The notes: generated by a model not told the origin, from the letters alone. A DNA stretch of 64,000 nucleotides from Camelus ferus (GCF_009834535.1 NC_045707.1:52578001-52642000); one strand, 5' to 3'. Counted from the first letter of the stretch, positions 35,420 to 48,598 are shown. Numbers and translations are program-made.

Positions 35420-35745
35420 TGGTCCTTGACCTGGACCCTTGAGAGGATTCAGGCATCTGTGAAGTTGAAGGGGGAAAAATTCACCTTGACTTTCCCCTCT
35501 TAAGCAGTGGGGGATGACTGACAGCATCACCGCAAGTCAGAGGTGACTTTATATCACACAGCAGTTGCAGGAGGCATCTCCAAACTTCACTGACTCCCAT
35601 CACCACGGTAAAGTCACAGTGGCTACTTGACTCTGCCAGACCTTATTTAAGTCATTAATAATGAATCAGCTATGTTCCAACCTGCTTTTAAAAATATTTA
35701 AATAGCCATTATTTTCACGAGACTTTCTTTTTCTTATCCTATGGA
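35420..35745. mobile_element. Degraded hAT-Charlie-like element, apparently interrupted by Tigger2 (seems to resume at 36732-36790)
   Basis: Colinear resemblance to a recalled Charlie-family consensus (ggggaaaaattcacctt; atatcacacagcagttgcag; ttatttaagtcattaataa). Subfamily not assigned. Confidence 0.45.
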
Positions 35746-36731
35746 CCGTTGACCCTTGAAAAACATGGATTCTAACTGCACAATATATTTATTGGAAAAT
35801 ATTTTGCATAGCTGCAGCAGTTTCAAAAAACTTGCAGACAAACCACATAAACTATAAATATTTTTAAAAATTGAGAAAAAGTTAGGCATGTCATGAATGC
35901 ATAAAATACACGTGGATATTAGTCTATCCTTACATAGGAATAAGGTGAGTGATACATCATATAAAATTAACAGTATGCTAGTTTTCTGTTTTATAACCTT
36001 GCTTGCAAAGAATTGCATTACTGTGCAGTATGCCCTTCTCATAATTGGAGAAACGGAGTATCAGCCCATCACCACAGGTAAATGTTTTAAATGTAGCAAT
36101 GTTTCCAATATTGTGTTATGGATATGACTGTAATATCATGTGCCTAAGAAATTTCGTAATGGTTCATTCATTAGCGTGTAGACTGGGTTACCGGGAAGCC
36201 ATTGTCTCAATACACTAGACTACCAATAAGAATCATATTGCTGCTTCTTCATTATCGATGCCTGAATCCTTACACCTGAAATGAATATGAACTTATTTTC
36301 CACGTTATGTGTTCATCTCTGATGTCTAGCATTGGTCATACACAGAACATCTACAGCGTCTTGTATCAGACCAACCTGCAACCCTGCAGGTGCCGATAGA
36401 CGATTCATCTCGTAAACAGGCTGGATCAGTAAGTACAGGACAGTCCTATAAATGCACTTTCTCCTCCTTGTGATTTTCTTAATAACATGTCCTTTTCTCT
36501 AGCTTCCTTTATTGTAAGAATATAGTACATAATACAAGTAACATGCAAATTATATGTTAATCGGCTGTTTATGGTATTGGTAAGGCTCTGGTTGACAGCA
36601 GCCTCTTTCAGCTTTCAGAGGTGACAGTAGGCAATCAGTGGTTATGTTTTAGGGGAGTCAAAAGTTGTGTGTAGATCTGAGACTGCATAGAGTTTGGTGC
36701 CCCTAATGCCTGCATCATTCAGGGTCAGTGG
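35746..36731 (+). mobile_element. Tigger2 internal-deletion derivative, about 1 kb, both ends present
   Basis: Left ccgttgacccttgaaaaacatgg and right ggggagtcaaaagtt...gcccctaatgcctgcatcattcagggtcagtgg followed by TA. Confidence 0.87.
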
Positions 36732-37109
36732 TATCTTATTTTATTCACTTAAACTCACACGATTGAGAACGTCTTGTAGCAAATGTCTGACTTTGGACCA
36801 TCTTCTTTGAAGAGTTTGCACTGGGCTCTCAGGCTGAGTTTCCAGGCTAAATACCAAAACCGCTAAGTGCATTGAGTCAAATAACCAGTTTGCTTCTGCT
36901 CTGAGTCAACCCTTTGACCTGAGGCTTTGGGCTGAGCCTCACTCTTTCTGTTTGAAGTGGAGAGTGATTCCTCCTTGACTCAAGTTTTTGGAAGACTGCG
37001 ATGAGACGGCAGGCATGCAGGAGAGGGTCAGGTTCCTGGCCGGAGGAGGGGGCTGTGAATGCGGTCGTTGGTGGAGTCTGATCTGCTAAGTTTAACAGGG
37101 AAGAAAGGA

Positions 37110-37275
37110 TGGGGAACCTGCTGTTTATGGATGTGCACTGTGGCACGTGCCACTCTGCTTTACCGATTTCTTTCCTCATCACATCCTCACAACCACTCTG
37201 TGAAGTGCTGCTTTCCCATTTCATTGATGAGGAAACTGAGACCCGAGTTCAAAGTCTTGCACAAACTGTTGAAGA
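37110..37275 (-). mobile_element. MIR SINE
   Basis: atcctcacaaccactctgtgaag..cccatttcattgatgaggaaactgagacc. Confidence 0.8.
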
Positions 37276-39209
37276 GCTTGCTTCATATTTCTCGCTGAGC
37301 AAAGAAGAATCCAGGTTTCCCAAGAAAATCTTCTCCTGGCCTGACTTGTAGCCACTTCTGCTGAGAAGCAGCTGTTCCTTTGATCATGACATTGGGCCGG
37401 GTAACAAAGGCCCTTTCCTGAGCGCACACAGTGAAAGTGCACGCGTGCGAAGCGTTGCTTAAAAGATTTCCTGCCACTAACTAGCGGCGATTTACTGCGA
37501 AGGGTGTCTTACCTGCATTGCGTTAAGGAGATAACGATGCTCAGAAGTAACCTGGTCAAGTGACTCTTGTCAGGGAAGAAGTCTCGGGGGGCAGAAAGGG
37601 TCGGGGGCCTGCCTGACCCCGGGGATCCCAAGGTCCACAAATATTGAATGGTGGTTTTTGTAACTTCAAGCCTGGGAAACAGCAGGTGAGTGGTTTTAAA
37701 CTCAGCTCAGAAAATAACCTTCCAAATCAATCGGACTTGGCCCTCGAGGTCTCCAGACCACATTTGAGAGTGTTTCCATTTTACAGCTGCCTCTAAAATA
37801 TAATGATGATTCGCCACACCGGCACCCAATCTGGGTGCTTTTACACCTTTACCGCTCCCCTCAAAACAGGACAACAAGTGGAAAGGGAATTGTTCATTAA
37901 AGTATCTGCTCCAGGTAGCATTCGCTCAAAGAGGCCACCCCAAGCTTGCCAGCCCCCCGTGGCTTAAAAATAACAGGAGTGAATGCAGCACGCACAGCGG
38001 TGATGTCGGAGACAGGGCCGGTCTGCTCTTACAGAGGAACATTCGTCCACGTTCTTTTATGTTAATCTAGATAGATCGTTTTTTAAAAGACCTCTAATTA
38101 CTTTCCTATTAATTATTTATCTTCACCAAGGGTTTTACGCTTGCTTGTTAGTTAGCAGCCTCATGAGGTATGTTGGATTAACTATGGATTCACGAGACCG
38201 GTGGGTATGAACAAAGCCACCCGGGGTTCCGACCACTCACCCTCCTCACAGCCTCCATCTGCGCGGCTCATCGCGGACGATACATCAAAAACGGAACAAT
38301 AACACCACCTGTTTCCGGCTAAACATTCCTGTTTTTTATTGTAGACACTGGAACTTATATCTGAGAGATCATTTTGTGTGACCAGGAGCAACATAAAGGA
38401 TGTCTTTAGCATCCCTGGCTAATAAGTCCATGCCGTGACGTCCCTGTTCCCTCCTCACCCTCGACGCAGACATGACGAATCCACATGGACTTGTCCAGCT
38501 GCTCCCTTGATCCAGTTGTAGTGCTTCTTAGCACAGCACTCCGAGCAGTTTCCTCCAATCGATGGGTTTTTACTTCCAGTGCCAACTCACGTTCGTCATC
38601 CACTCTCCACGCTTGGAACCCCTGAGGTGAGGGTGAGTTGATCACCACCTAGGACAGCTCATTCCTCTACTGACTCTCGTTGCGAGAGCAGTTCCCTCTA
38701 AATGCTCTTCAGCAATTACAGCCTACTAAGTGGCATTCCAAAATTCCTGCCTTTTACTCCCCGTGTGTCTTCTTGTTACCTTTTCTTTTTCTTTTTCTTT
38801 TTTTTTTTTTTTTTAACCTCTACTTATCCCTTAGCTTCAAAGTAGCAACTTCAGTCATGGTGGAAAGAAAATATCACACTGCTTATATTTTATAGGCTTT
38901 GTTTCATTTAGTATCTATTCAAGTTCTAAAACAATCCATGTGTCAGGTTTCGGGAATACTGAGGATCATTCATGCAGGAAAACGAAGACTCTTAAGATTT
39001 TTTTCAAAACTGTGACAGAAGTTTACCAGGAGAGCACCGATGGTGAGGAATTAGAAAAGCATTCAGATTTGCACTTGGAGCTGCACTTGGAAAGGTGGGC
39101 GGCATTTTGCAGACAGACAACAGAGGAAGCACATTTCAAGGAGACAATCAGGACAGGGCTGCTGTGTGCCCATAAGAGGCCCCTTAGCTGAGCGATGCTA
39201 GAACTAAAG

Positions 39210-39356
39210 TTGGAGGGCTCGTTAGAACACAGATTGGTGGGCTCCTTCCCCAGAGTGTCTGATTCCGACCATTCTGGATGGGGCCTGAGAACCTGCATTT
39301 CTAGCAAGTTCTGCTTCCCATGTGGCTGGTCCAGGGACCCCACACTGAGAACCCTG
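39210..39356. mobile_element. MER5A (hAT-Charlie MITE)
   Basis: ggagggctcgttagaacacagattggtgggc..cccagagtgtctgattc..ggggcctgagaacctgcatttctagcaagtt..gctggtccagggacc..tgagaacc. Confidence 0.85.
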
Positions 39357-39547
39357 CTATTGCCTTAGCACCTGCCCCAGGTCCACAAGAATGGGTCTTC
39401 CTTTCTGTCTGGCTGGCTTTCTGAATAGTGTTCATGGAAAAGAGTGATAAACAAATGTTCAGACAAAATCCTGAAGCCTTGTCAGTCTGTCGGGGTGACC
39501 TGAGTTATCTGGGCCACTATGCCCTCACAGTGGATCAGATCAGAAAT

Positions 39548-39733
39548 TCTATGACTCAGCCATAAAAAAGAATGAAATAATGCCATTTGCAGCAACATGG
39601 ATGGACCTGGAGATCGTCAAATTAGCCAGAAAGAGAAAGAAAATACCATATGATATCATATGTGGAATATAAAAAAAAAAAAGAAAAAGAAAAAAGAACA
39701 CTATGAACTTACATACAAAACAGAAACAGGAAC
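39548..39733 (+). mobile_element. Short L1 fragment (ORF2 end and start of 3'UTR)
   Basis: actcagccataaaaaagaatgaaataatgccatttgcagcaacatggatggacctggag...ccagaaagagaaagaaaaataccatatg, the inverse of about 10760-10960. Confidence 0.9.
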
Positions 39734-40589
39734 TTTATTTTTTGATCCACAATTTCTAAATAAGTAGCTACTATAATATATGGAAACACATATTATTCTA
39801 TCCCATTTCTGATAGGCTCTACTCCAATTCCTGCCTGAAAACTCTTTCTGTAAGTTTCTCGATATATTTCCAGCCGTTCAAGCAGGGGCCATATCCTGGG
39901 AGAGCCTGCATTGGTGGCCAGGAGGGAACTCACGGCCCATGACCGACTTCCCATCTGAGCTCTGTGCACACTCTGCATTAACATCAAAAGAGCCTGCACT
40001 TGTGTATTTCCCCTTACACTAGGTTGTTTAAGAGAATTACATGTGTTTTAAAGTTTCTAAGTGACTGGAATTTGGGAGGGCTTAAACATGTGTTATAAAA
40101 TTTCTGTTTTGTTTCATTTTTATTAAATAATATCTCCTATAACTCTAGGACTTGGGTAATTTATTGAGTATCTCTGTAGTCTTGTACAGGAAAAATGTGT
40201 GTAAATATTCCATAAACCTCTGAAAAGAGTGTGTGTTCTCATTTCTAGGATACCAGTGTCAAACACGTTTACTGAAAAATCATTATTAATGGCAGTACAT
40301 CCTGGCTTTTTATTGTTTTCTTGAGATTTGAGGCTCAGCGTGAAGTTGTGAAGAGCCTCACTGCGGCTGTTCTCAGACAATAAACTGTCCCACTTATAAG
40401 TGTATTTGTATGTTGACATTTTCTGATCATTGCTTCCAGCTTTTTAAAAAGTTAATAGGCTTTATAACTTAAGCAATTTTAGATTTAGAGATAAATAGGT
40501 GCCCCCTCCCAGTCCCCCGTTACTAACATCCTACATTAGGGTGATATGATCCGTCCATTATGTTTGTATGTGCCTGGTACACCTTTTAT

Positions 40590-41527
40590 TTATTTATTTT
40601 AATTGAAGCATAATTGACTTACACTGTTGTGTTAATTTCTGGTGTATAGCCTATATATATATATATTCCTTTTCATATTCTTTTTCATTATAGGCTATTA
40701 CAAGCTATTGAATATAGTTCCCTGTGCTAATAATAGGACCTTTTTGTTTATCTATTTTATATCTAGTAGTTAGTACCTGCAGATCTCAAACTCCCAATTT
40801 AGCCTTCTCAACCTTTTCCCCACGCCTAGTAACCATAAGTTTGTCTTCTATGTCTGTGAGTCTGTCTCTGTTTTGTAAATAAGTTCATTTGTGTCCTTTT
40901 TTTAGACTCCACATGAGTGATCTCATATGGTATTTTTATTTCTCTTTCTGGCTTACTTCACCTAGTATGATGATCTCCAGGTCCATCTATGTTGCTACAA
41001 ATGGCGTTATTTTATTTGTTATGGTTGAGTAGTGTTCCATGACATATATATATCATAACTTCTTTATTCAGTCATCTGTCGGTTGACATTTAGGTTGCTT
41101 CCATGTCTTGGTGATTGTAAATAGTGCTGCTGTGAACATTGGGTGCACATCTCTTTTCAATTCTCTCCAGATATATGCCCAGGAGTGGCATTGCTGGATC
41201 ATATGGTAAGTCTATTTTTAATTTTTTGAGGAATCTCCATACTGTTTTCCATAGTGGCTGTACCAAGCTGCATTCCCACCAGCAGTGTAGGAGGGTTCCC
41301 TTTTCTCCACAGCCTCCCCAGCATTTGTCATTTGTGGACTTTTGATTGATGGCCATTCTGACTGGTGTGAGGTGATACCTCATTGTAGCTTTGATTTGGA
41401 ATTTCTCTGATAATGAGTGATATTGAGCATTTTTTTCATGTGCCTATTGGCCATTTGTACGTCTTCACTGGAGAATTGCTTGTTTAGGTCTTCTGCCCAT
41501 TTTTGGATTGGGTTGTTTGTGGGGTTT
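40590..41527 (-). mobile_element. 5'-truncated LINE-1 (about 0.94 kb) with near-TSD
   Basis: [38 protein letters not shown]. Flanks tggtacacctttta (40575) and tggtacccttttta (41528). Confidence 0.92.
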
Positions 41528-42875
41528 TGGTACCCTTTTTATAATCATCCCACAGCTCTTGGAGATTCTGTTCTTTTTCATTTTCTTTCCCTTTGCATCT
41601 TGTTTTTAGCAGTTTCTGTGGGCATTTCCTCAAGCTCACTGATTTTTTTTCTGCCTGTGTCCTGTCTTCAGGTGAGCCTAGCAAATGCATTCTTAACTTC
41701 CATGCAGCATTTTCTATTTCCAACACTTCCTCTTGATTCTTAGAGTTTCCATCTCTCGCTTACACGGTCCATCTGTTTGGACATGTCTAGTTTTCCCGTT
41801 TCTAGCCTCAGAATGTCCGTCATCACTGTGTTCAGTCTGGCTCTGATTAGCTTAATCTCTCTGCCATGGCTGAGTCTGGTTCTGGTGCTTGTTCTGCTCT
41901 TCAGATTGTGTTTCTTTCTTTCTGTGTGCCTTGTAATTTTTTCTCAAAACCCTGCCATGGTGACCTGGGTAAAACAAATTGAGGTCAACAGGGCCTTAAT
42001 GTGACGTTTTATGTTTTTCTGCCTGGTGTTAGGGTGTGCTTACCATTTGCTAGAGCTGTAGATTTCGGAGACTAAGATTTCCCCCAGGACCCTTGTTTTT
42101 GTCTCCTCTGCTTTTTGTTTTGCAGGGGTGGGGGGATGGGGGGATAGTGGTCCTCTAGAGCTTCTTAGATAAGCCTGAGATGTGATCTTCTGGTTTTATT
42201 ACCCTCTTATTATCCAGGAGCCCTACTGATGTGGTGGTAAAGTGTGTGGGCAGGGCAGGGTCCTGTGTTTTTATAACGAGGTCTCCATCCTTCAGTGAGC
42301 CAGTGCCCTGGGCTGTGACCTTCACAAGTGTTTCTTAGGTTGGCCCCCCACCACTGCCCCATATATGGCAGGAGGACTAGAGAGGCTCGAGCTGGGTGTT
42401 TCCATCCTGCCACAATGCTTAGGCTCTGGTGGAATAACGTCCCTTGAGGGCAGGCTCTGCTGAGGACAGAGCGCTTTGGGTGTATTTACAAGTGGCTGAT
42501 TTTCCACTTTTCTTACTGGAAGCATGTGTCATGTCCATTGTCAGAACTTGATAGGGCCCCAGGAGATAAAACTCTCAAAATTTTGGGGGTCCCTGGAGTT
42601 TTAACTCTCAACCTTGTTGACAGCAGGCCTCCAGCAATTCATCAATTATAGTTGCAGTTTTCCTCGCCCCGTGCAGGGGCCCCGGAGGGTCCTGCCCCTG
42701 GGCGTCTGCTCTGGTGAGGCGTGATTCTGTGTCCGCCCGTCTGTCTCCGGTTTGGGGGCAGTGATTCGGCCTCGATTCTCTGACGGATCTAAGAACAGTT
42801 GTTGGTTTTCACGTTGCTCACCTTTTCTCCTGCCATGAGGACAGAAGTGGTGGCTTTCAAGCTCTTCCCACAACT
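41528..42875 (-). mobile_element. Old L1M 5' region with ORF1 remnant, host of the younger L1 (small 3' piece at about 40440-40570)
   Basis: Minus ORF MLEIENAA...[14 protein letters not shown] is ORF1p-like. The adjacent sequence resembles L1M 5'UTR. Confidence 0.7.
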
Positions 42876-43494
42876 CCGTCTTTTGTTACAAAGTTAATTC
42901 ACGTTCTCCACCTTATTAAAAGACAAAACCTATCTTCAAAACATTTTTAAATATCTGAAACCTCATGTCCCTTATAGGAAAGACCTTGTTCTCCATGCAT
43001 AAATACATGCTCCATTTGGTGACTTTTCAACAACAAGAAATTGTCTCTTTTAACAGATTATTATGTTTTGGCCAGAGATTCTTTCTGAGTTGCAGAATAA
43101 TACATTCCATTTTTAAACAATTCTACATATTGTGGATATATTATATTGATAAATGAATGTAGAGGGAAATAGTTCTAGAAGGATACACAGTAAATTTAAA
43201 ACAACAGTACCTCTGTGGAGGCAACAGTCTTGGTGATGGGGATATGCGGAGGGACATGACACCTTCTTATTCTGTATTTCTGGCTTTTTAAAATTTGGTT
43301 AAAAATAATGATTTACTAATATGAAATATTAAAATAATTTTAACAAACATCATTTGGCTTTGTAGGAAAAGGCTTGCTTTCTGTTTTCTTTTTTGGTGGC
43401 CACATAATTTAGCTACTTCTTATTAAACTTACAGGACACTGGTCTTCCTCGTATGTGTCTCCTACGTAGCAGGTGACTTATGTCAGACGTCAAT

Positions 43495-43685
43495 AGCCTA
43501 GGACGTGGCGTCAGAGTTCTCACCTTGAATTTTTGGCTTAGCTGCTGGTTTCAGGTCTCTCATTAGCAAACCGAAGAAAACTAACCTAGCACTTTCCATA
43601 CAGATTGTGAGGACAGATGACCCCAATGGAGCACGTGACACGGTGCCTGACACCAGACATGGGCGCTAAATGTCAGCTGTGACCA
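43495..43685 (+). mobile_element. MIR SINE, degraded
   Basis: ttcaggtctctcattagcaaaccgaagaaaactaacctagcactttccatacagattgtgagga...cggtgcctgacac..gcgctaaatgtcagct. Confidence 0.55.
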
Positions 43686-46600
43686 TTGCTGCCATTACTG
43701 CAATTACGTCCTTCTCAAACTCATCTCTTCATTCACAGACTTGTCTCTTCATTCAAAGCACCATGTGCAACCCACTGTTCAAGCACACGGAGAGGCTTCT
43801 GGGCACTCATTCAGTCTTAAACATGTTGGCAACCTTTGCCGACTTCCCATAAATAACACAGTGGAAGAGTGTTCCTTTGAGTTTTTGCTGCAGCTTTTCT
43901 ATTTTGAATGTAGAAGTTACAGTAGCATCCCAGGAGTGTCTGATTAACATTTATTGTTGGAATGAGCTTGAGGAAATGCAGGAAAAAACCTGCCCAATCA
44001 TTTCTCGAGCACAAACAACCTGGTTCTTGTGGAAGTTAACAATTTTGCATAACATATGAACCTTTAAGGTCCCAGGGAGCCTGGGATTCCTACATAACTG
44101 GGTTTGTAAGAAAGACAAGCTAACCTCTGAACCTTTCTCACGCGCAGACCTGCTGCAAACCCACGGGCTTCAGAAGAAACACGGGCTTCAGTCCACGTCC
44201 CCATTACCGTTCAAGTGATTCCCATCCCTGACTCTCAGCTGGTTTCCATTTCCACTTGGTGTATCTGACTTTCCAGATTCTTTTTTTCTTTTTTTTTTTT
44301 TTAGTAAGATGGGCAGTTTGACACATTTTCTTCAAACCTCCCATTTGACAAATCCCTAGACACCCTTTAAGACCAGATCAAATGTTGCTTTGAAGTAAAT
44401 TTTAGTGAATTGCTTCTCTTTGGTACCTTAATATTTTGGACACACATCAGCTTCAGAATTTATCGTATTATACCATAGCTTTAGTGTATATTCTTCATCA
44501 AACTATGACCAACCTTGAAAGTTGGGATCTTTTCTTATTGATCTCTGTGAGCCCACTGTCCACACATTGTAGGGGTTTAAATAGAGAGGAAGGAAAAATC
44601 TCATCGCGATGTGCCGTGGGACAGCAAAGTGCATCGCACACAACCGCCACAAAGTCTATGAAAGAAATGAATACACGGTCCACCATCCCTTAATTGCTAC
44701 TGGATTTCTTAATGTAAAAGCCATTTAAAAAGTTGAACAGGAAAGCTAAGACCATCTATTGTGGAATTTTGCCAGGGTAAAATGGTTTTAAAAGAGTTGC
44801 TGTCATAGGACAGAAGTGACAACTGATTAGTGACTCCGTGGTTTAGACAGAGACAATGAAAATCTGTATGGTGGTACAAGTACCTGGAAGGGGCATGAAT
44901 ACCCCGTATCAGGTAGCTGACAGCACAGAGATGAACACTCAGTAAACAAGAAACTCGTGTTTTATATATTTTTTTACCAAGAAGTTAACAATGGGCATGA
45001 AGATTGATTGAAAATCTAAGCCCCTCCAGCATCTCCTTCAAATATAAGAAAACAGGTGGATTTAAAGACATGAGAAAATCAAGCATCATTTCATAATCTC
45101 CTCTGCATATTTATCAGGAGAGAAATGGACTGATTCTTAATTTAAGGCATAAAACGAAACTAATCGAATCCCAAGCCTGTTGTCATCTTTACCCTTTTAC
45201 TCTTGGTGGTGGATAAAATGTAAAATGAGCTCTGTTAAATAAAACGAACAAAATTTAAATATTGCAGTCTTCTCATTATAGTTATTTCGACTGCTTGAGT
45301 AAACAGACAGCATGGGCTCTATTTGCATATCTGCATAACATTAACAATTATGTAAATGAGGCAGATCTGAAAGGTTCATAGGAAGATAAATCCTAAGTCA
45401 ACAGTTGCTCAGATGGTTTTGGAGCTGAGTTCTTAGCATTCTTTAGGACCTCAGGAAGCCACTTCTCTCTGAAGGAAAGCCATTTCTATTTCTTACATTA
45501 GAAAAAATTCTTACCTCAATTACAATATAATAATATGCAGTATAGTAATGTGAAAATTCAGGCTTAGAGGAAACATAAGTTAATAGATGGTTTCTTACAT
45601 TCAAAAACAATTCGATAGTATTTTTTACTAAAGTACACATAAAGTATGGCTTGATTTGACATGAAAAATCACATACAATTTCTCAGGCACACATTTATTG
45701 CACAAAAGCCATCTGCATTCAAGATTTGATCCGTCAAGATACAACTACTAAAACTCCACAACTGTTAAGCGCTGTAATTCTTGATGTTTGCACAAAATAA
45801 CAGCATGGTCCCTGCATTTTAAAACAGGACTTTGAAAGTGCCGATGTGGTGCCGGCGCCCATTAGAGAAAAGTGTGGACATAAATAAACGTCAGCAGCTC
45901 TCGGAGCACTCCTGCGCTTGCATCCGCGGCGTGCGTTCACTTTTTTATCTTGGCTCACCAAGGACGCGCGTCACCTGAGAGTCTGAGGTGGCCGAGTTGT
46001 GTTCGTGTGTGTGGCGGGGCTGGCCCGGGGCCCGAGGTGGAGGTGGAGTTATCTGTGACTCCTGTGCCCCGCGCTCCGCTGCACCGTCCATCTCACTGAA
46101 TCCACCACGCGGGTCTGCACGCAGAGGCATCACTCCCCCAATTTTAAAAAGGATGCAAGTGAAACTCAAAGAAGATGACTTAACTGAGTCATTAGTGGCA
46201 AGGACAAGACGGGAACCCTAGTCAGTTATGGGGCTCACAAAACCACAGATCCTCCCAGAGTCTGGAAACCGTCCTCACCATCGTCCGCACCATCCAGTCA
46301 ACCTTTTTTAGGGCTTTTTGTGTCCCAGACAGCCTGCTGGCTGCTTCCCACACAGCATCTCATCTGGTCCATGACTCCCGGAGGTCAGCCCCCAATCTCC
46401 ACTTAACAGAGGTGGACTGAAACTTAGGTAACAAAAAAAATCATACAGATGGCACCTGGATGGGTTTTTCTCACTGGGACCTACCGCCCAGGTCTGTTTC
46501 ACTCTGAGTCCTGTGTTCTTAGCTCGTCAATCACACTCTCTTACATCACGAGTTTCACCTGGCTCCTTTCCCAGCTAACTTCCTAGTCTTCCTCTTTTGA

Positions 46601-47941
46601 CAGATTTGGGATAAATTAAATATACAGCTATTTCTCATCTGCAGATTAAAGCCTATTTTGCATGCTTCCCTCAGGAATTCTGGAATTTCTCAGTCACACT
46701 GGGTGTTCATGAGCACAATGGCACGTGATCTCTGCAAATGGCAGAGAGATGCTGGCCGTGGCGGCTTGGCACTTCCGAGCCCCAGAGAAGGAGACATTCG
46801 GCCCTCTTCTGTTTCCATCTGTGCTGTGTCTCTATCCCTTGGAGGGGAAGAGGGGAGAAAGGTGGTGGGTAAATGTGTGTTGACAAGGCTTTGGGAGATG
46901 GAGGGTTCAAGGACCTGGCAGGTCCTCGTGCTGGGTGGTGTCTCCCATGGACACAGACACCATGCTGTTCATGGCAGTATAATGGGGCTCACGAGGTACA
47001 GAGAGGGAGTATAAAGATCTTAGACCTTGGCCCAAGCCTTCCGTGAGTGGGAAACCATCAGAGGTTCATAATGAAAAGGGACAAAGTTACCTAGAATCAC
47101 ATGGGTCTTTAAAGAGTGCCTTTTCCCCCAAGATGGAACTGTCACATTTTCCTGCATGAAACTGAGCACCGTCTTAGAAACGAGCATAAGAAGAAGAAAG
47201 AACACTTTCCACTTGAGAGGCTGGAAGGGGTGTGGTGTTCTTGGGGAAAGAACCAGGCTCCTGCCGGGGCCAGGAGGTAAAGGGGACATCGCTGAGGAAT
47301 GTGAGGCAGCAGTGGCGTGTGCTCATCAGGAGACGGTATTCGGTGGAGTGTTGTGGATGCTCTGAAGGAGGTGGAGGGCGTGGGAGGGAGGCCATCAGAG
47401 GGTAAGGTGAGAAGAGGCTTCCACCTCAGAGCAAAGAGCAAGGAAAACGGGGGTGGGGGTGAGAAAGAGAGAGAGGCGTGGGACATCTGGCTGGCCCCGA
47501 GGTTACAAAACGACAGCCCCTAGTCCCTAAGTGGAAGGGAGGTTCTCAGACGCCTCTGGGGTCCAGTTGTGGCCAACAAGCATTAACCCTGGGGAGGGTC
47601 CAGCGCTGGTCACCGGGAGAGGCTCGCTTTTCCGGTGTGGGTCTGATGTGGTCTCAGTTTTGTGTCTGTTCCCCCGACAAGACTGTAACTCTGAGAGTTA
47701 CTGAGCTTAGAAATCTAGGGTTCTGGGTTGGGGTGCAAACCAAGGACCATTCTGATTTCATCCCAGACCCACGATGCTCCCCTGTGCCTGGCGGGGCTGG
47801 TGAAGGTGACTGACGTTGTCCTGTACAGCGAGTCTCACTTTACTAGGAGGAAGGGTTTTAATATTTTCTATAAGAATTTCCTTTGTCAAATGTTACATTT
47901 TGAACTGAAATAGCTTAGGTTTTAAAATCTCATGCGATACC

Positions 47942-47966
47942 AAAAAAAAAAAAAAAAAAAAAAAAA
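47942..47966. repeat. Poly(A) tract, 25 nt
   Basis: Direct read. Confidence 0.9.
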
Positions 47967-48482
47967 CCCTTGTGTTCTAAAAGGGTTTGGCAAAGCTATT
48001 TTTCAGAGAAGACAAGGAATGTTGAAAACATTCCAAAGTTCTTAAAATATTGATACACAGTATCGTAGGCATGTCTAAAGGTCAAACTGAGAAGAAGGCA
48101 GACTGCTTTAGGGGACAGAGAACATGTTATTCTTAATAAATGTCCCTCACTTCAGCCAGACAAAATAGCCTGTAATCTAACAAAGCCTCAGATCTCAAGA
48201 GATATTTTTTTTGTTTTTGTTTTCTTTCCCCTGAGCCAAAGTGGCTGTCCAGCCCCCTGGGCTTGCAGGAGCCTCGGTGAGCACCTCATGCAACTATGTT
48301 CATCTGCTGGGACACCGGGGGTGCAGGACAGCTCTGCCTCCAGGTGCCCCTTACAAAGAGGGGGAAGGTGTAACCCCAGGAAGTCCTACTTGTTTTGCTA
48401 GATTTTTGAAGAAATTCTTAGGGAAATGTGCCTCCTTACTCTCCTGATACACAGAGATGGATTCATTGCACAATCAGCTTAC

Positions 48483-48598
48483 TTTCTTTTCTTTTCCATC
48501 CTTCCTTCCTTCATTCCTTCCTTCCTTCCTTCCTTCCTTCCTCCCTTCCTTCTTTTCTTCCTTTCCTTTCTTTCCTTCTTTCCTTCTTTCCTTCTTTG
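48483..48598. repeat. (TTCC)n-type polypyrimidine simple repeat
   Basis: About 115 bp of almost pure C/T. Confidence 0.95.
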
